DNA of 64,000 bases from Magallana gigas (Eukaryota). Shown piece after piece: positions 53,262 to 64,000 of this stretch. A model generated the notes under the pieces. That model saw only the letters and a program-made list of their open reading frames with translations. It made no database searches and was not told the origin of the DNA. The position numbers were made by a program, and so were the translations under genes. Positions within the stretch are counted from its first letter, which is position 1; each line of letters begins with the position of its first letter. Location: the NCBI RefSeq assembly GCF_963853765.1, contig NC_088854.1, positions 60,078,001-60,142,000 of the forward strand. Reading direction: 5' to 3'.

Positions 53262-54032
53262 TAAAACATTGATTGTATGACCTCAGCTTAAAGTCATGAT
53301 CAATCTTAAAGTCATAAGAAACCCTTGTGCAAAGTTTAAGCCTCCTGTGTTTTTTCTTTCAAATATTTAGACTTAACAAGGTCAGACAGAATAAAAAAAT
53401 CAGAGAGACGGACATAAAAATAAAGTGACACAATAAATTAATATACCCTCTTAGACTTAATTCTTGGAAAAAAGTTATTATCAACTAATGTATAAATATG
53501 TAAATTATTATCAAGGATCATTACACCAACATGAAATGAACAGGAAATATCTTGTTTTTTAACTAATCAGGAAATTATTTCTATAAAAATGGAATTTTTA
53601 GCTAAAAGATATCGTACCGTTTAAAATATCTAAAAAGGCTGTCTTCATTTGTCGGACTCCCTCCCCTGTCATGCTTTCCGATGTATCCAATATGAAGACT
53701 GAACAGATTCCATTTCCTTGTTGATATTTTCTTTTATTGTCTTCAAAGTATCAATTTCTCAAGATAAAAAAGGGAACATTTTTCATTTACATTAATGAAT
53801 GAAAATTTGATGAAGATGCTAACACGAAGCGTTCCTTTTCAGTTAGACCTTAAAGTGACTTTTTAATGGAACAGACGTGAAATGCATAAATATCGTTATA
53901 GCCTTATATTGTAATTTCAACAAATTTTTTTTAACTTCATGATAATTATATTGAATAAGTTTAATACGCACTTTCATTGGCTTCCTCGTACGCTCTCTGT
54001 ATCCAAATAGCCTCTGCAGGCCGAGTTTCCAT
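47549..54032 (-). CDS. vWA + 2x MIB/HERC2 protein, copy B (exon-2 5' end altered)
   Basis: Same exon set and sizes as copy A (e.g. 53972-54032, 52252-52329, 51717-51841, 49350-49451, 48953-49142), ending SAK*. Exon 2 lacks the copy-A acceptor; an AAG acceptor starting the exon at 53740 would keep frame. Confidence 0.78.
50712..50808. repeat. 97-bp foldback/mini-MITE with 25-bp inverted ends
   Basis: gtttgttactgactgactacagaaa versus the reverse complement gtttgttactgactaattacagaaa (23/25). Confidence 0.7.
53201..53260 (+). repeat. (TG)n microsatellite
   Basis: Direct reading. Confidence 0.95.
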
Positions 54033-56725
54033 ATTTTCCAACCTTAACTGTTCATTCTAGTTTGCTTGGGTGAAACATTTAGAGTTTCGTGAAATACATA
54101 TATGAATCATGGACAGAAATGAAACAAAAATATTTTAGTGTCCTTATGCCATGTGTGTCATTTCCTGCTTCGTCTATTTTGAGGATAGTCAATGTTTACA
54201 GATTAACATGATGTGAATATTGTTTATGGTAGAGAATTACAGTTTTCACTTTAATCTTATATTTGAAAAGTTACATAATGTTAATTCAATATGCATTATC
54301 ATTACTAGGTTATATACTATAAAAATCAGAAATTGATAGAAAAACGTTAAACAATCCAAAGTAGCCAATACACTGTCAAAAGACTCAAAGTATAATACAT
54401 TTGTTTTTACTATATCAATTTTACTGAAAACTCTGTGTATGTTTCAGCCACTATGTAATCTGTTTAAGAAACCAGCAAACCAGAAAATCGAAATCAACCT
54501 TAGCCATACTAGAATCAAATATTTTTTCTTCGTTTTAGAAATTCGTATATCATTTGCAGTGTAATGAGAAAAATGACAATTTGTACAAGCTATAACGTTA
54601 ATTAGATTTCTGCCAGATGTTAATGATTTGTACTGGCTGATTACTGATGAAAAATCAATTTGCATAAAATTTCAGAAACTCTATAAAAACTAGTTCTTTT
54701 AAATTTCGAAAAAAGAGACTAAATAATGAAGGATTTAGATGTAATGACCACACGTTTTAAATGCATTTTTATTTCAGAGTTTGTTCCCTTTTGCTGCTAC
54801 TTTCTACAAAACATTGTTCGAGGTTATTTACTGCTAAACTTATAAATCTTTTCAGCCAAAATTCTAAGATCAGATAATCCAATGCCATGAAACATTTGAA
54901 GACGATACTTGCCTTGTGGGTTTTTTTTATTAATAAATTTATTCACTTGAGCTTTTTTCAGTCGTTAATTTGATCTTAAAAAAGATAAAATAAAAACTGT
55001 TTCAACATGCTAACGTTTCATTCATCTTTTTTTATGTCATAAACATTAATATTTCTTCCGTTAAAATCCAAATATTTATTAAAATGCAAAGAAGTGCGTG
55101 ACACTTTGAAACACGAAGATAAACGGCAGCAATAATTTTTGAATATTTTATATGTTTCTATATTTAAGTTCCAGTAATTAAAGGTGTAGTTGTGATGTTA
55201 AAACGTTCTACAAAGCTATTAATGTATCAGCAATTCGTTTAAAAGAAAATTAATTTAAACATGGGCAATGTTTCAATGGTTCGTACTACAATAATTGATA
55301 TCATCAGATGTTATTATTCTTAAGTGTGGAAAAGCAAAACTTGATAGCGCCAAAAAACGTGCTGTTTGCAAGACTTTAGTGGGACCACTAGAAAATATTT
55401 TTTCTTCTTCACCCCATCGGTGGATATTCTCACAACCAAAGTTGATGCTAATATAGTTGTAAAAGGAAAATGTTGTAGTTATTTCCCCAATATATCAGTT
55501 GACCAACCTAATAAAAGTGGAGATACACGGTATGTTACCAATCAAGGTACAAGGACGGACTGAAAAAAAATCCAAAACAAAGCATACACATATTCTATAT
55601 AAACAGCAAATGACGAAGATTTGTGCTCTTTAAAGTAAAATTGGAAATGCTTATGGGAATTGCTTACTATATTTTTATTTACATCCTTTGTAGGCACGTA
55701 GAATCGTTTTTGAAAGTGATGTGGGTCAGACTAACTAAATATCTGAGATAAGCATAAAAGAACACGGGGGAGGGGGAAGTTCCTTAAAAAGCTGGATGCT
55801 AAGTCTTGAAAATCGCATGATAGAAGGATATATTTCTCTTCTGTTGAAGAGGAAATGAATTTTTGATGAAAGTTCTTTTGTTTCGGAAAAAATCGTAAAC
55901 TAGTACTTACATCTGTATTTAAATAAAACTGCGAGCTAATTAACTATTTTTAATTTTCTTTCAACTAAATGTTTAAAACTCATTAAGTCACCCATCGTTA
56001 CCACTTTCATAACATCGCAAACCACGACCCAATATATCATTTATTATTATTGATTTGGTTGGTAACTGCATGCCCATCATTGAATAATTTTATTTCTTGA
56101 ATATATCATCATTCAAAGATATGTAATTGGTTGGGTTTCTTTAAAAAAAAAAGGGATAATCTTCATTGGAGGCAAGAAATACGGTAAATGATCGCGTTGA
56201 ATTCCAAATCCCTAAATTTACTTCTTCACCTGTCATAATTGTTTTTAAATGAATCTAGACTCGATGCCATGAACTTTAACGTTTTAATTTCATGTCCTCT
56301 TAAGAAAAAAGCTTAAGTTTGAATTTGTGCAATAAATTTTCAGCAATTAATTATCTTATCATTTCAGAATTTTGAATTTGACACTTCCAAAATTAAGTCT
56401 CTTTGTTTTATTCACTTTAGATCCTAGGTTGAATATAATCCATCAGCAGAAAAAATTTAAAGCTCGTGATAGAAGATATAACCCCCCCCCCCCTCCCCAT
56501 CACAAAATGTTTGACCTAACTATATAACAGGGCCCAATAAGGATGCAGGTATCAGAAATTTGAAACATGTAGAGTTTTTTTTTAAATATATTTGTTCAAT
56601 ATACAGCTAGAGTACCATATAGCACAACATAATGTGATAATCAAAATGCAACGCATATGTGTCGGTATTTTTCTTTTGTTTCTATATGTTTCTTTTGTTG
56701 TCTAGATTTGTGATATGAAGGATTT

Positions 56726-57190
56726 AATAGGGCATGGCCAGATTTTGTATTTTGGAGATTTATTGAGGCATTTAAATAGTTCACCAAAATTTGAGTGTCG
56801 GTCGTCGAATTTTAAACGAGGTATAGAGCTCACAATAAGTTGCTGTAGGTAAGCAATTTTCAGGTGGTCATTGCTTACATTTTGAATGTCGAAACGAAAA
56901 CTCTAGATTTAGACCTAAAAAAGAATGTCAAAAAACCCCACTAGAATCGTTTTATGTTCAAAACAAACTAGCATGTAGGAAAATGATTTTGGAAAAGAAC
57001 TTTTACCGGTATATTGAACCAAAGTAAACAAAATATGGGACAAGCCTTGTCAATATAACAAAAATTTGTGAGAAATGTATCTTGCTTATAACTTTACGAC
57101 TGTCACTGAAATTGTGGTTGATCATTTGAAACGCATTGTAAACATTAAAAATAGAAAAATATTATTTGACCGAAATCGTGATCTTTACAT
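56726..57190. mobile_element. Degraded non-autonomous DNA transposon (Kolobok-like TTAA-flanked MITE)
   Basis: Left ttaatagggcatggccagattttg, right atttgaccgaaatcgtgatc. A cleaner right end of this type (tcgtgaccaggttcctttaa) occurs at ~36568-36587. Assignment from recall of oyster repeats. Confidence 0.4.
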
Positions 57191-57532
57191 ACAGGAGAAA
57201 ACACAATAAAAAATTCATACTTTTTATTAGAAATCATCATGACAAACATAAAACATTGTATAAAAATAATTAAATAATTATCTTACAATCCGAAACAATG
57301 AAAGTGATGAAAACTGAAACTGGGAAACATTTCAAAAAGATAAAAACATTTAACAATAGTTTGATAATGAAGCCCATATCCTTTCTAAATACTAATGATA
57401 ATCTCACGGATGTTTACTTTATTGTTCTTATATGTTATACAAAACCGCTATAATTGTATAGCAACTTTAAACACTGTATTGGGTATAAGCCTGTTACATA
57501 AAAATATTTACAATACTTATAGTTTTCGTTCT

Positions 57533-58423
57533 TTAACCCCCATGATTTTTTGGTGGTCTGGGTGGAATATACATTTCTGTTTTGGTGTAGGTGGGCTCCG
57601 GGCAGTAAGTCGGAGTGCTCGTGCTCGTTTTTAATTGGAGACCCGCAGATCGATAGGTCAAGTTTTCCAATTTGGCATATTTGGTTTCCCTCAGTTGCAT
57701 CTCTTTTGAGGCCACAAAGAAGTTGCAGTCGCTGATTTTCTCCTGACACTTGCAAGTGTGTAATTTGAGCTGTCGAAGTCTTCGTACCGGTCTGTGTATG
57801 TTTTCGGTCATGCAATCCATGTAACCAAGTTGCTGAAACAATGGCTTGATGCTATCAATCCCTGCTTCAACCATTTTATTGTGCTCTGTTATCAGCCCCA
57901 TAATCGTATCCATCGGTAAATTAAAGTCCCCTCCAATTAACACTTCAGTTCCAGTAAACCAAGCTAGGAATTGTGCATACATCATGAACTGCTTTCCGTT
58001 TTCATAGATGACCGGTGAACCTCTTTCTTTCATTGTCAATTCCCAATGCCAAGACACACAGATAAACTGTTTAACGATTTGGGATGCAGGCGCTGGTGAA
58101 CAAACGTCGACCATAGGTGAGAGGACTTTGTCAAAATCGCAGTTTGGTATTTTGATACCTGGTCCTGTTGGTTGTTGGCGGATCCTCAGGCGCGTGGAGT
58201 CGTACAGAAGGACTGTTTCGTTGTTAGTCGGGTCCAGTAGCTGCTGGTAGCTGGTCTGAGTGAATGTGTCCCCAGGATTGTCTCCAGGAAGAAACATTAT
58301 ATCGGGCCTCTCGTTTTCAACGAGGTTGCGTAATTTATCTTTGCGGTAGTCATTGTACATTCTTCCTTTCCGGCCCGAGGCGTTCATGCTGATTATATTT
58401 AACACATCTGTGTCATACCCCAT
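57533..58423 (-). CDS. Intronless EEP (endonuclease/exonuclease/phosphatase, DNase-I-like)-fold protein, 296 aa, catalytically degenerate
   Basis: Ordered motifs IISMN, ERPDIMFL, TVLLYD, FICVSWH, VLIGGDFN, FFVAS match the EEP beta-sandwich. The paralog at 63646 differs at many synonymous sites. Confidence 0.8.
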   Translation of the reverse strand: MGYDTDVLNIISMNASGRKGRMYNDYRKDKLRNLVENERPDIMFLPGDNPGDTFTQTSYQQLLDPTNNETVLLYDSTRLRIRQQPTGPGIKIPNCDFDKVLSPMVDVCSPAPASQIVKQFICVSWHWELTMKERGSPVIYENGKQFMMYAQFLAWFTGTEVLIGGDFNLPMDTIMGLITEHNKMVEAGIDSIKPLFQQLGYMDCMTENIHRPVRRLRQLKLHTCKCQEKISDCNFFVASKEMQLRETKYAKLENLTYRSAGLQLKTSTSTPTYCPEPTYTKTEMYIPPRPPKNHGG

Positions 58424-58758
58424 GTTTGGTTTTTTGTCCGTTAAACTCTAAAATTCAAGAAACGGTTGAATAAGTCTAAAATTATTCCTTATGATAAAAA
58501 TACATGATAAATCTATTAATTTGATACTTTTGAATAAAACAGATTGATCAAAAAATATTCTAAAGACAAGAGGAAACGATCTTTAAAAGCTTCCTCAGAA
58601 TTAGTTCTTTTAATACATACAGTTCCAAAATTCTAACTGTTCTTAATCATGATAAAATAAAAGTAAAAGTTATATTTGGGGAAACAATTACTGACGCAGA
58701 AAAATTTCATTAAATACTTCGTAGCTTTTATGCACTTACCTCTCTAATTTTTTAATCG

Positions 58759-59018
58759 AAGTGGTAATATCAGGGGTAGGGAGCTCTTTTATACACGGTG
58801 AAATAACCCCTAAAGTGTTAATATCAGGGGTAGGGAGCTCTTTTATACACGGTGAAATAAACCCTAAAGTGGTAATATCAGGGGTAGGGAGCTCTTTTAT
58901 ACACGGTGAAATAAACCCTAAAGTGGTAATATCAGGGGTAGGGAGCTCTTTTATACACGGTGAAATAACCCCTAAAGTGTTAATATTAGGGGTATGGAGC
59001 TCTTTTATACACGGGTGA
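58759..59018 (+). repeat. 54-bp minisatellite, ~4.8 copies
   Basis: Units start at 58761, 58815, 58869, 58923, 58977: gtggtaatatcaggggtagggagctcttttatacacggtgaaataacccctaaa. Confidence 0.95.
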
Positions 59019-61583
59019 AATTATATAAGCTCTAAAAATATAACTACCACATTTGTATAAATAGATATGGGAAAATGGCTTTATTAAAAATATAGAACAT
59101 TTCATTGGAAGTTCAATGTTTGGGTAATTGAAATTAAGTCAATAAGTGTACGCTTCTATAATTTCATTATCTTTACAATACGTTTTCTTATTTTCATTTA
59201 TTATTTTTTCATATATATTTCTATACAAAATGCTTCTGATTAATAAGCCGTTTTTCAAAAATTGCATTTTTCGTAGAAAATAAATCGAAACTATGTTTAT
59301 CTATAGGTGCATTATCTGCATGTAGTGGCAATACAATGTTAACGTTTCTAATTTGTTGTTTAAATGGAAACTATGTTTCAATTCAGTAAGTACTGCATTA
59401 TATATTTTTCCTTCTCTCACTGAATTAAATGAGGGAAGATATCCTTGTTTTGGGGGAAACAGATTTTGGCACAGATCCAGATTTAAGTGTTTGAGGGTCG
59501 ATCATTTAAAAAATGTTGCAGGGTGTCTGGGGAATGCTTGACTTCCAAAGACTGTCAATTTGATACAAGAATATCTTAAATTCTTCCATTATTAAGAGGG
59601 CTGAAAAGTCGTATCAATTGTAAACTTTATCATAAAGCTAAAATAATAGAAATTCTGCTGTAAGCCTACTTAAATCAGTTTTGGTTTTGAAATAACCTTG
59701 TCAAAAGTTTTTTTTGATTGTTAATATTTTGACAAACGAGCTGCCTTAAGCCTTTATACCATTATCACAAATAGAAATGTATCGTAACAAAATGGTATTG
59801 AAAACTTTATTAATAATGAGTTTTAAATTGTTTTTTAAAGAAATTTTTAAGATAAGAGATTACATTACATCTTATTGCCATTCTCACTCCGACATTCAGC
59901 TGTTGCAAAGACGAGAAATTTTTGCATGCATTTATTATATGTAAAATTATACATATTTTCTTTCAGAAAGCAAACAAATCTAAACATGTTTATCCATTGT
60001 CCATTAAGTAGGCCAATGCATGTCCACGTATCTAAAATAAATACAACGCACTATTATAAATGCTATTAATAGATGGAGATTTCCCCGAGGAAATTCTGTT
60101 CTTTTTTTTTTGTTAGTGCATAGAAGATTCCAAAATAAACAAATCTTTAGGTATATCTACACTTATCATAGCTTGTTATCTGTTGAAACAGTTTGCAATC
60201 AGTTGGCTAACTTATTGCAAAGTTATTTATATCCATGATGCGCGTTTCTATGGTCGTCAAATTTATTCTATTCATCCGTCATCAAATCAGAATACGCGTA
60301 TATTCATTTTGAATATTATTCGAAATCATATTCATTCATCAGCTCAATAAATTTTTTTAAACATTCATTTTTATTTATGAATTAGATTTCTTTTTCTTTT
60401 TTTTAGGGGGGGGGGGCGGTGGCTTGTATTGAACATACATGATGTTAAAAAGATTTGGCATGCATGTTGATAGCTCTGAATAGGCACCGGGCTTCTCGTG
60501 TTACTATTTTCTAGAATCAATAATCAATATTATCAAAATGTTTAGATATATATCTTCTTGAAACATAATCCATTTGAAGAATACGATGTTATTTTATTTT
60601 CAAAATAAAAAAAATGTTTTTTTGTAGAAATAAAACCGAAATTAATGTTTTTACACCTTATTTCTGTTTGAGTTGTGCAATTTTAATTTCTGTGATAAAA
60701 AAAAAAAACGTTTTAGTAATCTACGTGTAATGCAAGATTTAAATGAGGTTGCTATTGCATAACAAATAAAGTAGTGCAAGGCAAAATGCGTGCGCAAATT
60801 GTAAAATTTGCCGAATGCCTCATATGGACACAATAGTAATCGGCCGAACCGATCACTAAAAGGAATTTTTATTAACTGCACCCCACCCTCAAAACAATTA
60901 TAAATGATTTTTTTCTTATATAGCACAAAAAACAAGGCATGAAATTTGTTGACATACCAAATAAATTAAGAACCATTTATCTTGCTTGTATAACTCGACA
61001 ACTGATATCCAAATTTTGATCAGGAATTAGGTTCAGAATTATATACATTAGCAAGAGACCGATAGGCCTAAACGGTCACCTGAGAACCATTACCCATAAA
61101 TGCATATAATGAAGTGTCATTCGTGAGAAGAAAAAAATGCTATCATAATAACGACCACATCCCTGCCAGAAATCTTTCAAAAAGAACTATGAAACGTTTT
61201 AGCAAAAGAAGATTATAATATAGTGCATGACCTGATATTGAAAAGGTGCTAGACTCTGATTGTAAATAATTGTCCTATATCTGTGAACTTTTAAGATATG
61301 TTTTAATGCTTATATGTTGTCATAGATAAACTAAAACAAGGTGGCTAGTACACGTATTTATTTTAAACCTTTCATTACCCATCACCAGGAGCAGACAGAA
61401 GTCTCCCTGCATTCGGCAAGGGAACTCTTTCCAAATGTTTTCACAATATCTTAACTTTGATAGAGAGTTTAATTTTTTCTCTTTTTTAAATATGTGATTT
61501 GACTCATTTTTTTTTCATTGAAATACCTGATCAGAATAAAATGATAAGACAATATATCACCCGCCCAGCCAAAACTCTTGCCT

Positions 61584-61640
<57 letters not shown>
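61584..61640 (+). repeat. (TAGA)n microsatellite
   Basis: Direct reading. Confidence 0.95.
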
Positions 61641-61641
<1 letters not shown>

Positions 61642-61814
61642 TAGTGACATGAAATATTATGAATGATGAGAGCTTATTGGTTTTTTTTTCTAAATATGCA
61701 GTCAGTTTTTATTCTCTGTCCGTAGATTGTATTGAAAATTCATTTGTAAAATATAGACATATCATTATATATTTGTAAATTCAGTGCTTATTATGAAATA
61801 TTCATTGTGCATGC

Positions 61815-62085
61815 CTCACTATCAGTCGTTGTCGATACAGTTTCCATGGAACCGAAGGGTTCCCATCAGAATCACCACTACCCTTGCTCGGATGTTGAGA
61901 GGATGAATACCTGCTGTATGACCTGCAATTATAAGAATAATTGACAAAGTAGATCAAAGGCCGCTCATGCTTAACATTTTTATATGGGTATTGTTTTATG
62001 ATACCTCCTCCAAACTTAATGCATGAATATCACAGAATGATTCCTGCTTCTAAAGGGGATGGTCCTTTACAATAGATGTCATTAG
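61815..62085 (-). pseudogene. vWA-MIB/HERC2 copy C fragment (exons 4-5 only)
   Basis: GPSPLEAGIIL*YSCIKFGG with a stop at 62030-62032; GHTAGIHPLNIRARVVVI followed by a 1-nt deletion at SDG. Confidence 0.85.
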
Positions 62086-62329
62086 TTTGAAGATAATGGA
62101 AAACTTAAAATTACATGGCTTCTTAAGTAAAGGCAAATGTAACCTTTCAATCCAAGTTCCACCAGTTATATCACATCTTTAAACAAGCATAATTGTTTAC
62201 GAATAAACATTGTTAGGAATTGAGGGGAAATTGTCAAATTTAACGTATCATTTCTTATAATTTCATTGCTCCGTCAAGCTGTTTCGGGTGTTAACCAAAA
62301 TTTGAGTGCCATTTATGGAGTTAAAATTG

Positions 62330-62700
62330 TCAAGCTACTGACAAACAAGTTGATAAAACAGGACTATCAACAGTCTCGTTTGAAGTCATCTTTCGTATGT
62401 TCTATGGTCGATACAACGACCTTGTCCATATTTCACTGGGTGGTATGCTGACTGACGTTTTTCATACTAATTGTTAGACCATAATTGATCACCTAATTGT
62501 CTACGGACTTTTTCGTTTTTCCCGATTTCGAAAAAGAGCACACTTCGGGTTTGACCGGTTAGCAGAGGATGCTTAATCCTCCTAGGCACCCGATCCTACC
62601 TCTATCTTTTTAGAGGTCTGTGTTGATCTGCTTTGAATTTGTATTTAGTTTAATGGATTTTTCATATGGTTGACAGTTTGTTATTGTCATTGTTCAGAAG
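62330..62700 (+). mobile_element. 5'-truncated retroelement 3' end (Penelope-like RT tail plus UTR)
   Basis: LLTNKLIKQDYQQSRLKSSF then, shifted, RMFYGRYNDL; followed by gaccggttagcagaggatgcttaatcctcctaggcacccgatcctacc. Clade assignment from recall. Confidence 0.6.
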
Positions 62701-63645
62701 AAAATTATTGAAACATGGGCAATTATCCATGGTTCGTATAACTTAAGATGTAAGTATTCTTAACTGTGACAAAACCTTTGTAGAGATAAAAAGGGAATCT
62801 GTTTTAAAGACAGAACCGTGAGTACTAGAAAGTGTTTCTCATTTTTTCATCGGTTGATTTCCACAGTACCAAAGCTGTTGGGTTGCTAAAATAGTTGTAA
62901 AGGGAATTCTTATATGTGTGGGTGTTGATTGTTTATCTTTTAAGTTTCTGAAAACAAAGTGTTTAAACTAATTAAATAACCCACTGTTACCAATTTTATT
63001 ATATTGCAAACAATTAGATAATTATGTACCTTACATATATTATCATTGAAAGATATATTATCGGTGGGTATTCTTTCATTAAAAATGCAATCGTTCTTGG
63101 AGGCAGAAAACTATCACTTCGAATTCTAAAAACCTTAATTTGTCTTGGAACCATCTTAAAATTATCATCAAAACTGTATGAGTCAATTAATAATCTCAAG
63201 AGTTGGGACCATGTGTCCCCTGCATGCAAACCAATTTTAGCAAATTTAAAAATTCAATTCAATCATTTCAGAATCAAGAATTCCAAACTTTAAAAAAAAT
63301 CTCTTTTTATCGTTTTGCTCAATCTATTGAGTATATAACGTACCACATCATCCTATGATAACAAAAAAAACCACAGATGTGTTGGTGATATTTCTGTTTG
63401 TTATCTATATATGTCATGTAAAACATTTCAGAAAAAAGAAAAATAAATTGCATAATTTTTATTAAAAGGAAGGAAACTTCACAACAAAACAAAAACATTT
63501 CATAACAATAACTTAGATGAAAAGTATCAAAAGAAAACCTTTGAAAGGATAAAACAAATAACGAAAAATTGATAATAAAACATATTTTTATAACAAATGA
63601 TATTGATAATCTCATGGATCATTGTATTTTTACTTGGCTTCGTAT

Positions 63646-64000
63646 TTAACCCCCATGATTTTTTGGTGGTCTTGGTGGGATGTACATCTGGGTCTTGGTG
63701 TAGGTGGGTTCTGGACAGTAGGTAGGAACTCGGGTACTTGTGTTTAATTGGAGACCTGCGGAGCGATAGGCCAGGTTTTCTAACTTGGTGTGCCTGGTTT
63801 CCATCAGTTGCATTTCTTTGGACGCCACGAAGAAGCTGATGTCGGTGTTCTTCTCCTGGTTGTTACAGGTGTGCAGTTTAAGCTGGCGAAGTCTGCGTTC
63901 TGGTCTGTGTATGTTTTCGGTCATGCACTCCATGTAACCAAATTTCTCAAAGTCGGGTTTGACGCTGTCAATCCCATCTTGAATAATTCTGTTGTGTTCT
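63646..64000 (-). CDS. 3' part of a second EEP-fold gene (5' end outside the window)
   Basis: Open frame EHNRIIQDGIDSVKP...PPRPPKNHGG*; the last 95 aa are 78/95 identical to the 57533 copy. Confidence 0.85.
   Translation of the reverse strand, partial: EHNRIIQDGIDSVKPDFEKFGYMECMTENIHRPERRLRQLKLHTCNNQEKNTDISFFVASKEMQLMETRHTKLENLAYRSAGLQLNTSTRVPTYCPEPTYTKTQMYIPPRPPKNHGG

Noticed and set aside
58759-59018. CRISPR-like or coding reading (ORF 58761-59018) of the 54-bp array
   Set aside because: Units are contiguous with no unique spacers and there are no cas genes; the ORF arises because 54 is divisible by 3.

Overview
AT-rich eukaryotic (spliced) DNA. The repeat families present suggest an oyster or related bivalve (inference). 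All host genes lie on the minus strand and form one duplicated cluster of three families. (1) Four copies of a signal peptide-Ig-Ig-Ig-FN3 gene sit in a ~6.46-kb tandem array (5.99-33.4 kb): two have all five exons open, one lacks FN3 in the window, and one is a pseudogene. (2) Two 13-exon vWA + 2x MIB/HERC2 genes plus a dead fragment occupy 38-62 kb. (3) Six copies of an intronless EEP/DNase-I-fold gene lacking several canonical catalytic residues are interleaved with them: one intact 296-aa ORF, one cut by the window edge, four remnants. Mobile elements: a PIF/Harbinger-ISL2EU-type DDE transposase with a SWIM finger and one frameshift; a ~7-kb non-autonomous Helentron carrying a Kolobok-like transposase fused to a DEDDh exonuclease; a decayed Crypton tyrosine recombinase; ~140-bp hairpin elements; MITEs; a Penelope-like 3' fragment; a 54-bp VNTR; and microsatellites. 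One 130-N assembly gap. Gene models were spliced by hand from GT/GC-AG sites and phase matching; no database searches were run.
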